A stretch of 64,000 bases of DNA, from the NCBI GenBank assembly GCA_048937405.1, contig JBHLNF010000001.1, positions 512,001 through 576,000 of the forward strand. The letters are read 5' to 3'. The notes beneath the pieces were generated by a model. That model was not told where the DNA came from. It did no database searches and saw only the letters and a list, made by a program, of their open reading frames with translations. This DNA is from Promethearchaeota archaeon (lineage in GTDB: Archaea; Asgardarchaeota; Lokiarchaeia; Sigyniarchaeales; SOKP01). The position numbers were made by a program, and so were the translations under genes. Below, piece after piece: positions 9,818-19,504 of the stretch; the first letter of the stretch is position 1, and each line of letters begins with the position of its first letter.

Positions 9818-10819
9818 TTATTTCATTAAATCCACAATTTCTGGAGGAAATTCCTCTCCCTTGCTTTTCATACGCTCTAACATATCTTTTAGCTCTGAGA
9901 TTGTATTTCCATAAATATGAAGTGAATTACTAAAATCCAAATAATGACCAATTTCAACTCCTAATTTTTCAGCAACAAATTTTTGAATTCTAATCATCCC
10001 ATTTACATTAGCTTCCCAAGCTCTAAATAAGTCTCTACTTCTCCATGTTGTCTGCATTAATAACTTCCCTTCTTTTATACGCATATAAATGCGCTGTAAA
10101 CAAGGGGGATCTGCATGATATGGATCTACTAGTGGTCTCCATGTTATAGCTTGCGCTCGGCGACTATATGGTTTTTCCATTAATTTCTGTATAATATATT
10201 CGATTTGATTAATTCTGGGAAAATCAAGAATACCTAAGGGAATTCTTTTCATTCCCAATTTTTCTGAAATTTTTTTATCTAATTCAAATTCTACACCATT
10301 TTTAAGTTTCCAAACAACTTTATCTTCTGTGGTTTCGATCATTTTTGCATTAATTAACTTCTGATGGTTTTTAACAAATTCAGTATCAATAAATGATAAA
10401 TCATAGTATTTATGAATAGTATCCTCGAGAGAGAATGGACTATAGTTAAAAACTCTATCGTGATAAGAATATGGAAAACTTACTCCAGAATCATGTAAGA
10501 AATGATCATTCACCCCATTTAAAATTTCTTCAATATAACCGCTTTGAATTGACCCAATTAAATACGTATCAGCCATGCAACCATAAATTTCATAAGAATT
10601 TCCATACTTTGATTTAATTTTTATTGTTTTTTCCTTCCGCATTATAGGATTACTAAATGGTTTTTTAATCTCAATTAAAACGGAAGCATCCTTAGAAGGA
10701 GGATCTTCAGGTTTGTCATACTCGGTTTTAATATCATCTCCATTATATAATACTTGACCTACAGCAGACAACCAAGCATCTCGAACATTTTTTTTTGAAA
10801 TAAAAAAAACTTTTGCCAT
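9818..10819 (-). CDS. thyA: thymidylate synthase (archaeal ThyA type) with an internal insertion
   Basis: SRRAQAITW, DPPCLQ, WRSRD, EAN and SLHIY motifs. Confidence 0.85.
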   Translation of the reverse strand: MAKVFFISKKNVRDAWLSAVGQVLYNGDDIKTEYDKPEDPPSKDASVLIEIKKPFSNPIMRKEKTIKIKSKYGNSYEIYGCMADTYLIGSIQSGYIEEILNGVNDHFLHDSGVSFPYSYHDRVFNYSPFSLEDTIHKYYDLSFIDTEFVKNHQKLINAKMIETTEDKVVWKLKNGVEFELDKKISEKLGMKRIPLGILDFPRINQIEYIIQKLMEKPYSRRAQAITWRPLVDPYHADPPCLQRIYMRIKEGKLLMQTTWRSRDLFRAWEANVNGMIRIQKFVAEKLGVEIGHYLDFSNSLHIYGNTISELKDMLERMKSKGEEFPPEIVDLMK

Positions 10820-11110
10820 TTTTGAACAATAGGTAAAGAATATTTTTGTATTTATTAATAGGGATATTTACAATTGTAGTATTAGAATATATTTGTTAAA
10901 AATTTAATAAATCATTACCGAGATTATTGAATTTTTAATTTGATTTATTCCATTTTTGTTAATAAAAATGGTTTTAGATTTTCAAAACATTTATTAAACC
11001 CGAATTTACATTATCTTAATATAAAAATATACTTATATTTTACCAGAATTTATTTTAAAGATAAAAAATAAGTATTACAAAATTATAAACAGACAATAGG
11101 GTTAAATATA

Positions 11111-11311
11111 ATGGGTGACGACGAGGAAAAAAAGAAAAAAGGCAAAATGGGAAAGAAAATAAAGAAAGGTTTTGCAAAGGGTTTAGGAAAACTAGTGGAA
11201 GGAGTTACTGGATCAGAAGCTGCAGGCAAAGGAGTAAAAAAGGCTGTAAAATCTGGGAGCTTAAAGAAAGGGATTAAGAAAGGAATGAAAGAAGCAAAAG
11301 AAGACGATTAG
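11111..11311 (+). CDS. small Lys/Gly-rich basic protein
   Basis: 66 aa, ATG start, own upstream region and downstream T-rich tract. Confidence 0.65.
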   Translation: MGDDEEKKKKGKMGKKIKKGFAKGLGKLVEGVTGSEAAGKGVKKAVKSGSLKKGIKKGMKEAKEDD

Positions 11312-11431
11312 ACGAAAATTGAAAATTATACTTCTTATCTAAACTTTTTATTTTTTATTATAATCATGTTTTTAATTCTTTTATCATATTTAATTTATAG
11401 AAAATATTAAAAGTAGAGTGGATCTTTAAAA

Positions 11432-11722
11432 ATGAGGTTAAATCTCGAATTTTCTCCTCCCTTTAACGAAGTTACTCAAAAATTATTTGAAGTTTTTGAA
11501 TTCGATAAAGAATTGACTATTAATGAATTATTAGACTTTTTTGATCAGAAATATGGAAAAAAATTTACCGAACTAGTCTGGGAAAATGGAGAGCAGGGTA
11601 ATTTTCATAAACTACTTTCAATTATTATCAATGGAAGGAGTTATCGTGATGATAACTTTTTAAAAACAATACTAAAGGATGGAGATCAAATTGTTTTCAT
11701 TTATATATATTTTGGAGGGTAA
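11432..11722 (+). CDS. MoaD/ThiS/SAMP-type ubiquitin-like protein
   Basis: IIINGR..LKDGDQI..FGG with a C-terminal diglycine. Confidence 0.85.
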   Translation: MRLNLEFSPPFNEVTQKLFEVFEFDKELTINELLDFFDQKYGKKFTELVWENGEQGNFHKLLSIIINGRSYRDDNFLKTILKDGDQIVFIYIYFGG

Positions 11723-11765
11723 CTATTTTTAATTTTTTACTAACATTCTTTAACCTTTAATAACT

Positions 11766-12809
11766 CTATATCAAAAATATTACCCATATTCCAAATCCAG
11801 TCAACAAGGGATTTAAAATATTATCAGAAATATTTTGTGTAAATGCATCAACTAATAAAAATAAGATAGTGGCAACCAAACTCATCAAAAATATTTTTTC
11901 AATACCTACTTGTAACCAAGGATAATATATTATAGAAATTAAAATCACTATTATAAAAGTAGTAAAACCACCTGCTATAAAACCCTCAACTGTTTTTTTT
12001 GAATTTGTTTTCAGGTGGTGTCTTCCATATTTTTTCCCGATTAAACACGCTATAGCATCTGCACCTGTAGTTATTAATGCAACCGAAGCGAAAATAGGAA
12101 AAGGTGCAAAAAGGAATGGAATGAATGATAACACTAAAGGTGTGGAGGCAATAAATGTATATAGTTCATTTTGTTTCATATCTCGGTACCACCGTTTAGC
12201 CCAATTAGGAAGCATATAAAATTTATTTAATCGCGCTAAATCAGCAACTTGAAACATTATAACAAAACCAAATCCTGTAGTAACTATCAGCCAATAAGAA
12301 AAACTATAATTATCTAATCCCCATTGAGATAAAACACCCAAATTATTGAGGATTGTTCCTAATGTCCAAAAGAAAAAAATTACAAAACAAGTAAATAGGT
12401 GTAATAATTTACGACCAATTTCAGATTTTAGATTATCTTCCCAATTATCATTAAATTCTTCACAAAATTTATCATAATCCCTTTCAGCCATAATTATAGG
12501 ATTCCTTTTTGAAATAATAGTATTATATATTAATGTTAGAAACCATATACTCATTTCAACTAAAAATAAGGCAGATGTAAATATCCATAAATTATTTAAT
12601 GAACCTTGATTTAAATTTGGGGTATGAAAACTATAGATATAGGGATATAAAATTCCCGCTAATAAAAATAATGAAGCAATAAGTAGTTCATTAGTAAATA
12701 AGTGATTTTCAATCTTTACTTTTCGATTTTTTATAGTATATATCAATGTTAAAATAAAATATCCAATGAAAATTATGCTTGTTGGCAAAAAATACATATT
12801 GTTAACCAT
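11766..12809 (-). CDS. CTP-dependent polyprenol/diacylglycerol kinase family membrane protein (dolichol/phytol kinase, Dgk1-like)
   Basis: GRKLLH, GADAIACLIGKKYG, KKTVEG and DNILNP motifs. Confidence 0.8.
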   Translation of the reverse strand: MVNNMYFLPTSIIFIGYFILTLIYTIKNRKVKIENHLFTNELLIASLFLLAGILYPYIYSFHTPNLNQGSLNNLWIFTSALFLVEMSIWFLTLIYNTIISKRNPIIMAERDYDKFCEEFNDNWEDNLKSEIGRKLLHLFTCFVIFFFWTLGTILNNLGVLSQWGLDNYSFSYWLIVTTGFGFVIMFQVADLARLNKFYMLPNWAKRWYRDMKQNELYTFIASTPLVLSFIPFLFAPFPIFASVALITTGADAIACLIGKKYGRHHLKTNSKKTVEGFIAGGFTTFIIVILISIIYYPWLQVGIEKIFLMSLVATILFLLVDAFTQNISDNILNPLLTGFGIWVIFLI

Positions 12810-12861
12810 TAAAGCTGTATAATTTAAAAATTTTTACTAACTTAAAATAAGCTTTTAGGGT

Positions 12862-13965
12862 TTAAAGCCATTGAGCAATAACTGAAAAATAGTCAAAATT
12901 GAAAAAAAATCTAATGAATACAAATAACATGCTTAATCCAATTGGGACTAAAAGATTATCTGATATATTGATTGGTTTGTTTGTTAAAATGTCAAACCCT
13001 AAAAAAATAATACTAAAGATTAAAGACCAAAATAAACCTACAAAAAAAAAACTAATAATAAAAGTTGTAATTGTTCCTGCTATAGTTCCCTCCCAAGTTT
13101 TATCTTGGTTCCAAGAAATGTGTTTTTTTCCCATTCTAATACCAATCTGACTTGTCATCAAATCGCTAATAGAACTTATTCCCAAAATCGCAAGAAATAC
13201 CATTGGAGGACAAATAAAGGCAGCAAACATATGACCAATTGTAAAATATAGATATGTCCCAAAATTCTCCTGTTCCTCCTTTGAAAGATAAACTTTAGAA
13301 AAATAATTAAAAGGGAAAGAAATAAAACGAGATTTTCTTGTAAACTCATTAGCTAGCATAAATAAACTTAAAATATAAAAAGTAATAAATAATAGATAAT
13401 AAAACCATCCTAATGAAAAAAGAATATCCGCAATTGAGTTTGGGGTACTTAAAATTTTGAAATATAAATAAAGCATATTATTTTCCTCAGGAATCATTCC
13501 TTTTGAACTGCCAGTAAAATAGTTAGCGAGTGCTAGACCAATAAACCATATAATTAGAAAACAAATAAAAATTAAAACATGATTAGATTTCCGAAGGATG
13601 TCTTTCTTATATTTACTCAAATTAGCATTTTTACTAATTTTTTTGTTTTTATATTCAGATATATCTATTTTAAATAATTTTTTGATTAAATTTAATAATC
13701 CTGTACTAAAAATAATTAAGATACCGACAGTTAATAGGGGAATCCCAAATATAAATAACCAAAAAGGTACAAAAAACGGATGGAGAACCGGATCTTGATA
13801 CATTAGAATCAGTATAATAGATATATTAAAAAAAACAAAAAATATGGAACCAAATCCAAGAAAATTGTTTAAAAAATCAGGTTTATATGCAAATTTTAAA
13901 TAACTAAAAAGAATAAAAAAGAAAGAATAAATAATTAATAGATAACAAATAAGAAAGTATTCCAT
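12862..13965 (-). CDS. CTP-dependent polyprenol/diacylglycerol kinase family membrane protein
   Basis: LRKSNH, SDLMTSQIGIRMG, KTWEG and DNLLVP motifs. Confidence 0.8.
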   Translation of the reverse strand: MEYFLICYLLIIYSFFFILFSYLKFAYKPDFLNNFLGFGSIFFVFFNISIILILMYQDPVLHPFFVPFWLFIFGIPLLTVGILIIFSTGLLNLIKKLFKIDISEYKNKKISKNANLSKYKKDILRKSNHVLIFICFLIIWFIGLALANYFTGSSKGMIPEENNMLYLYFKILSTPNSIADILFSLGWFYYLLFITFYILSLFMLANEFTRKSRFISFPFNYFSKVYLSKEEQENFGTYLYFTIGHMFAAFICPPMVFLAILGISSISDLMTSQIGIRMGKKHISWNQDKTWEGTIAGTITTFIISFFFVGLFWSLIFSIIFLGFDILTNKPINISDNLLVPIGLSMLFVFIRFFFNFDYFSVIAQWL

Positions 13966-14128
13966 AATTTAGATAATCTAATTAATAATTTTGGGATATT
14001 TGGTTATAAAAATTAATTAAATATATTTGTTTCTAAGATAAATAAAATTTTAATATTAAATAAAATTGAATACAAAAATTTACTAAAATAATGAACTTAA
14101 TTTAATGTAATTATCAATCTTCAAAAAC

Positions 14129-14737
14129 GTGGTTATAATTTTAAATAAAATTATCTTAGCTTCAAAATCAATTGATCGTAGTGAAATGCTTAAACGTGCT
14201 GGGATTCCATTTGAAGTATTTGTTACTAATATTGAGGAAGAGAAGTTCAAAACAAAAATTTCAAATGCAGTTGAACTTGTAAAAGAACTTGCAAAAGCAA
14301 AATTGATATATGCAAAAAATGAATTGAAGAAGAAGAAAATAGATGTAATTATCATTGCAGCAGATACTATCGTACTAATTAATGGAGAAATAATCGGAAA
14401 AGCTCATACTGAAGAACAGGCATTCAATATTCTCAAAAAATTAGTAGGAAAATCACATAAGCTTATTACAGCAATCGCTATCACTGATATACAAAGCTCT
14501 AATTTTATATTGGATTCAGATACTACAATTGTTGAATTTATTGAGCTTTCTGATGAAGAAATATGGCATTATATCAAAACTGATGAATGGAAGGGAAGAG
14601 CTGGAGCTTATTCAATAATGGATAAAGCAAGCTTGTTTATAAGCAAAATTAATGGTTCTACTTCCAATGTTATAGGCTTACCACTACATAAAATTTATCA
14701 AATTTTAAGAAGAGAATTTGGATTAAATTTATTGTAA
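14129..14737 (+). CDS. maf: Maf family nucleoside triphosphate pyrophosphatase
   Basis: ILASKSIDR, IAADTIV, GRAGAY and NVIGLP motifs. Confidence 0.92.
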   Translation: MVIILNKIILASKSIDRSEMLKRAGIPFEVFVTNIEEEKFKTKISNAVELVKELAKAKLIYAKNELKKKKIDVIIIAADTIVLINGEIIGKAHTEEQAFNILKKLVGKSHKLITAIAITDIQSSNFILDSDTTIVEFIELSDEEIWHYIKTDEWKGRAGAYSIMDKASLFISKINGSTSNVIGLPLHKIYQILRREFGLNLL

Positions 14738-14867
14738 TCTAAGAAAATATATTATTAAGGAAACAGATAATCTAGGTTAAGTAGCTGAAAGTGAATTAGA
14801 ATCATTAATTAATATATATTTGAATAATATTATAGATTTGAAGAAAGCAAAATATTTACATTCAAAC

Positions 14868-15032
14868 TTATGTGAATTCTTTCCAAGTTTTTAAATTTTC
14901 ATAAAACCTTAATATTTTTTCAAATTTGGATATCAAATTATTGTAATAACCTTGGTCAGCATATTTTCTTTTAGATAACTCTTTCGCAGCAATGATTCCG
15001 TTTTTATATCTGGTTATTTTTTCTTCAATCAC
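14868..15032 (-). CDS. small hypothetical protein (54 aa), below the track cutoff
   Basis: GTG-initiated MIEEKITRYKNGIIAAKELSKRKYADQGYYNNLISKFEKILRFYENLKTWKEFT, filling an intergenic gap. Confidence 0.6.
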   Translation of the reverse strand: MIEEKITRYKNGIIAAKELSKRKYADQGYYNNLISKFEKILRFYENLKTWKEFT

Positions 15033-15115
15033 ATTTTTCGTTCAATAACAATATTATTTAAAACCTAAAAATATCGTGATAATATCATGCTTTTATGATT
15101 TAATTTTAGGTAATG

Positions 15116-16060
15116 CTATTCTAATGATAAAATTTGTTTCAGTTCATCATTATTTAGATCTAATAATTCTGAATGGGGGAGCCTTTCTGTAAGAATACGC
15201 CAATTTCTATCTTCCTTGAAAACTTCTTTAAACAACTCTATCGCCTCATTCATTCTTTTCTGATTAGCTAAAGAGACAGCCACCCAAAATTTCAATTCTA
15301 GATTTTCTGGGAGCATTTTCTGAGCAGTATCATATTCTTTAAATGCAATATCTATATCACCTTTTTCTAAAGCAAGATCCCCATTATTCGTATGCTCATA
15401 TGCGCGATAAACTTTTAATAATCTGTTAAGCTCTTTTAATGGTTCTATGTGATCCTCTACTCTAAGATCGATAAGTGGGTCTTCCCATTTATTTTCCGTT
15501 GATTCACCAGCAACAATCAATAAAGCAGCAGACTGCTTTCCTCTCATATCTCCACCAACTGATTCTGCAGCTTCTAAACTTTTAATAATTCGCTCTGGTA
15601 ATGGTAGATTCTCACTTTTTTCATAAACTTCTGCCATAACTGGCCATACTTTGTCAGAAAGCATTAAATTTGCTTGAACAGAAAAATTATTTCCTAACTT
15701 GTGCCCAGCATGCTTAATACACTTTGATCCTGTATGGGTAGCTACCCTCCCTTGAGTATCCAGAATAGAAACCTGCCTTACATCTCTCCCTTCATCATCT
15801 GAGAGTAATATTTCTATAGCCTCTTGAGGTGTTTTTCCTTTTTTTAAAAGATCAAGCCCTCGTAATCCAAAAGACTTATTTACAAATGATTGCGTAGCAA
15901 CAACCCCAATTCCTGCCTCTCCCCACGAGACAACACTCCCAACAGAAAACCAATGGCTCTGTACTCCAACTCCCATCTCTCCTGTTTGAGGGTCTCTTGC
16001 AACAATAGAATATGTATGGGCAAAAACATTATTATTCGTTTGATTGTACTTTAAGCTCAT
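15116..16060 (-). CDS. DUF1028 (Ntn-hydrolase-like) protein with C-terminal TPR
   Basis: HTYSIVARD, GVVATQS, GGDMRGKQSA and DLRVEDH motifs; TPR-like tail. Confidence 0.88.
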   Translation of the reverse strand: MSLKYNQTNNNVFAHTYSIVARDPQTGEMGVGVQSHWFSVGSVVSWGEAGIGVVATQSFVNKSFGLRGLDLLKKGKTPQEAIEILLSDDEGRDVRQVSILDTQGRVATHTGSKCIKHAGHKLGNNFSVQANLMLSDKVWPVMAEVYEKSENLPLPERIIKSLEAAESVGGDMRGKQSAALLIVAGESTENKWEDPLIDLRVEDHIEPLKELNRLLKVYRAYEHTNNGDLALEKGDIDIAFKEYDTAQKMLPENLELKFWVAVSLANQKRMNEAIELFKEVFKEDRNWRILTERLPHSELLDLNNDELKQILSLE

Positions 16061-16202
16061 AATTATAAAATTGGATTAAATGTTAAATAAAGATTTATAA
16101 TCCCCTTTATAATGCTTTCAATATTTCAGAAAAGAAAATATTAAATGCTTTTATTATTTAGAATCTTAATAAAAAATATTCACTAAAAAAAGATGATAAA
16201 AC

Positions 16203-16538
16203 ATGACAAGGAAGTACAAAAATGAAAATTTACTACAAATATTGGTAATACTAGGCGCATTTATAGGACTAGTATCGCTAATTTTATATCTTGCAAGAAT
16301 GGAAAATTATGGTTTTGTTGATCCTTTAGTAGCTTTAAATAGAGTCCTAATTTTCATTGTTGGTTTAGTTATTGTAGTAATAACATTTATAACAGGATTT
16401 AGACCAAATGATCCAATCCCATTTCATTGGCTTACTTTTCTCATTTTAGCAATTTTGCTTGTTGTTTTTGGAGCAGGAATTTGGGCATGTGTATTATTGG
16501 TAATTGCGTTTTTAGTCGCATTAATAGAAGAGCTATAA
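16203..16538 (+). CDS. small membrane protein
   Basis: Three to four hydrophobic helices. Confidence 0.65.
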   Translation: MTRKYKNENLLQILVILGAFIGLVSLILYLARMENYGFVDPLVALNRVLIFIVGLVIVVITFITGFRPNDPIPFHWLTFLILAILLVVFGAGIWACVLLVIAFLVALIEEL

Positions 16539-16583
16539 ACATCTACAATAAAATATCTTTTTTTTATTTTTAAATTATGGGCG

Positions 16584-17471
16584 TTAAGATTTAGTATCTT
16601 CAAGAAAGAAGTTAATTATCTCTTCAGCAATATTTATATCTGATACTTTTTGCAAAGCTGTAAAACCGGGAATTGAATTAACTTCGATTACAGAAAAACC
16701 TTTTTCACTTTCTAATATATCAACACCAGCTATTTTTGTTTTTGTTACTTTTGCTGCTTTAATAGCAAGGTTTTTTAATTCATTAGTTAATTCAATAGGT
16801 TCTGCTTTAGCACCCGCATAAATATTTGACTTCCAACTATCACTTACTCGATACATACCAGCGATAACTTTATTTCCTAATACTAAGATCCTAATATCTC
16901 GATTTTGATGCTCAATATATTCTTGTAAATAAAAAACATGGTTTAACTGACTAAGTGTATAAATCACGTTCTCTGCGAAAGCTTTATCATTCAATCTCGT
17001 TATACCAATTCCTTTTGAGCCATATAGAGGTTTTAAGATACAATCTCCCCCCAATTCATCAAAAGCCTTTAAAGCTTTGTTGGGATCTTCACAAATCATT
17101 GTTTTTGGTGTGGGAATTTGATATTTTTCTAAAAATATAGATGTTAAAAATTTATCACTTGCAATCTCTAATGATTCTCTTGAATTAATTAATTTAACAT
17201 CATACTCTTCAATAGCACTTAGTATATCAAGTCTAAAAAAAATCTTTTGAGTGGCTGCGGCACCAAAACCTCTTACTAATGCTGCTCTTGGCTCAAGAAA
17301 TTCAAAGTGTTTGGAAAATTTAGGATCGAATCCAATCCCAACTTTAATTGTTGATGGGATAAAAAAGTGAACCTTATAACCTCGATTTCTAAACTCACTA
17401 GAAAGAATTTGAACTTCAGGATCACCTGAATTTGGAGTAATTATCGTTATATTCTTTTCTTTCTTCATCAC
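16584..17471 (-). CDS. RimK-family ATP-grasp alpha-L-glutamate ligase (MptN/CofF-like)
   Basis: SDKFLT, KPLYGSKGIG, YLQEYI, DIRILV and EVNSIPG motifs. Confidence 0.88.
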   Translation of the reverse strand: MMKKEKNITIITPNSGDPEVQILSSEFRNRGYKVHFFIPSTIKVGIGFDPKFSKHFEFLEPRAALVRGFGAAATQKIFFRLDILSAIEEYDVKLINSRESLEIASDKFLTSIFLEKYQIPTPKTMICEDPNKALKAFDELGGDCILKPLYGSKGIGITRLNDKAFAENVIYTLSQLNHVFYLQEYIEHQNRDIRILVLGNKVIAGMYRVSDSWKSNIYAGAKAEPIELTNELKNLAIKAAKVTKTKIAGVDILESEKGFSVIEVNSIPGFTALQKVSDINIAEEIINFFLEDTKS

Positions 17472-17723
17472 TACTAAAAATCCCTTCTTTTAGCTTATTC
17501 ATAAATTTGTGAATAGCTTTTCAGAATAATCTATCAACTTATGAGAATATTCATTTGTATATATAAAGTAAAGGCAATCAGACTTTTTTATTAAACTATT
17601 CTCTAATTTATTTAATAGATTCTAATCATATCATACTTATATATTTAAGTCCTTCTATCTAATTAAAATAATAATTGTTAAAGTTCTTCAAAATTATTTC
17701 TTTGAAAAATAACAAAAAACTTA

Positions 17724-19127
17724 TTATAAATCTAAAACCCAGTCCAATATATTACTCTGACCAGGTAATTTACCTGTCTGTTTTATAAACTCTTGCAAAA
17801 TATACTTCTTTCTCTTTGAGACTGAAATAGTATAAGGAACATGAATCAAATAATAACCATCTTTGTTTAACTCTTTAAATAAATCTGCCTTAGCTCTGTC
17901 TCTCTCAAGTTGTTGATTCCAATCAAATCTGTATTCAGCATCAGTCTTATAAATTCCTTTTTCTTCATCTCTAGATCTAACCAACCTCAAAAAATCCTCA
18001 AAATAATAATGTTGTGGTCCTTGATGTTCAACCGCAATTCTAAATTCTTGACTTTTAATAATCGCAACACAGAACATGTCTATATGAACATTAGGATACC
18101 TTATTGATTCATAATTATTTCTTAATAATATTGCAGGATTCGGAAGAATTCTTGACAACTGAAAATCATACACAAAAGATGACGATGAAAAGCCTTGAAA
18201 GGCTTCTTGGAATGCTTCAAATGTCTGTTGCTGATCAATACTAGAATAACATTTGGGACAATATTGTTTGACTTTAGTTTTTTGGATTGCATAGTAAGCC
18301 CTCTCAAAAATAAATCCACAATCTAAATGCTTCCATCTGAGATTGATGTAAACATTTGAATCGGATTTGTAATTATCAGGATCTAGATTCTCCATTTTAT
18401 AAACTTCTAATAAATCTTTAAATTCAATCTCAGTTAATGGTTTGGTATCATCCTTAAACGATATAACTTTTAAACCTCGTTTACTAGCAAGTTGTATAAT
18501 ATTTTGATAATTTAGCTCGAGATTTTCATAATAACAATAACGACACCCTTCTATTAGATCAATACGTACTGAAAATTTATGATCATCATTTTTCTCACAA
18601 CGAACATCAACAACGGGAGCACGTGTCAAGCCCCCATTTTTTAATAACTCAAACCACTGAGTTGAAGTTGTCTCTAGAATTAATCCCTTATCAAAACAAT
18701 TCTTTTTAACACTATGATATGATGTCTTGATTCTACCGCAGGTCATATCATATGTTAGCTTCGCAATACTATGATCTGCAAAAATATCTTGAAAAATAAT
18801 TTTTGTATATTTTCTTATTGTGGTAAGAGAAGACCATCCCGTCTCTGACATAAGATCTCTAGGAGAATATAACCTTACTCCTGTCTTTGAATAATGTTGT
18901 AATTGCCTATAAATAAGTTGCCTTAGCTTATTCATTTTAGCTTTTTTAGATCTTATATAATCTTCTGATAGCCTATCACCCCCCTTCCGATTACTAACGT
19001 TAGGTTCAATATTAGGCTTTTTAAATTTATAATTATCTCCCAAATTAATATTACATGAACTTTTATATTTTTTTCTTTTTTCTTTTCGACAAGAAAAATC
19101 ATCTTGTTCATTTCTTCTATTAAACAT
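17724..19127 (-). CDS. Zn-ribbon protein with a C-terminal PD-(D/E)xK-like endonuclease domain
   Basis: C..H and CxxC pairs (CEKNDDH/CRYC, HLDCG/CPKC); HIDMF..IAVEHQGPQHY..QLERDRAK. Confidence 0.6.
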   Translation of the reverse strand: MFNRRNEQDDFSCRKEKRKKYKSSCNINLGDNYKFKKPNIEPNVSNRKGGDRLSEDYIRSKKAKMNKLRQLIYRQLQHYSKTGVRLYSPRDLMSETGWSSLTTIRKYTKIIFQDIFADHSIAKLTYDMTCGRIKTSYHSVKKNCFDKGLILETTSTQWFELLKNGGLTRAPVVDVRCEKNDDHKFSVRIDLIEGCRYCYYENLELNYQNIIQLASKRGLKVISFKDDTKPLTEIEFKDLLEVYKMENLDPDNYKSDSNVYINLRWKHLDCGFIFERAYYAIQKTKVKQYCPKCYSSIDQQQTFEAFQEAFQGFSSSSFVYDFQLSRILPNPAILLRNNYESIRYPNVHIDMFCVAIIKSQEFRIAVEHQGPQHYYFEDFLRLVRSRDEEKGIYKTDAEYRFDWNQQLERDRAKADLFKELNKDGYYLIHVPYTISVSKRKKYILQEFIKQTGKLPGQSNILDWVLDL

Positions 19128-19504
19128 AATATATATTCACTAATATTTTCAATTTTTATTTTTCTAGCATTGATTCAAGTTTTTGCTTTAATTATTTCAA
19201 TACAAAACTAAATTAAAAATTGAATGACACAGAGGATTTTTTTATTAATCTTTCTGTCTTATCTAGGGAAGTTGTTATGTAAATCTATAATTAATCACTC
19301 ATGGTGTTGACTTTTTGATGATGGTAACTCTAATATTTTCTTATTTCAATAAGAATTTTTTTCTAATTTCCTAGAAAGATCAATTCAGAGTCTTACTTCA
19401 ATGGAAATATAGTGTTAAAATAAAAAGAATGTTAACTCAATGAATTTCTATTTAAGGGAAATTACGTTGGATAGAAAAAGGTAAAAAAACCTTATAAGTA
19501 GATT

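Noticed and set aside
14083-14355. 90-aa minus-strand ORF, and the many other short track ORFs nested in longer genes (e.g. 3663, 12899, 29270, 45708, 46655, 58564, 59248)
   Set aside because: Antisense or out-of-frame shadows of well-supported genes, with no motifs or SD
14718-16081. Shared TTGGATTAAAT at the maf 3' end and upstream of the DUF1028 gene, as a second possible att-like duplication
   Set aside because: Only 11 bp of AT-rich sequence; expected by chance
19140-19500. Long intergenic gap next to the nuclease-like gene, examined for terminal repeats, ncRNA or a gene remnant
   Set aside because: No inverted or direct repeats and no sustained reading frame found by eye
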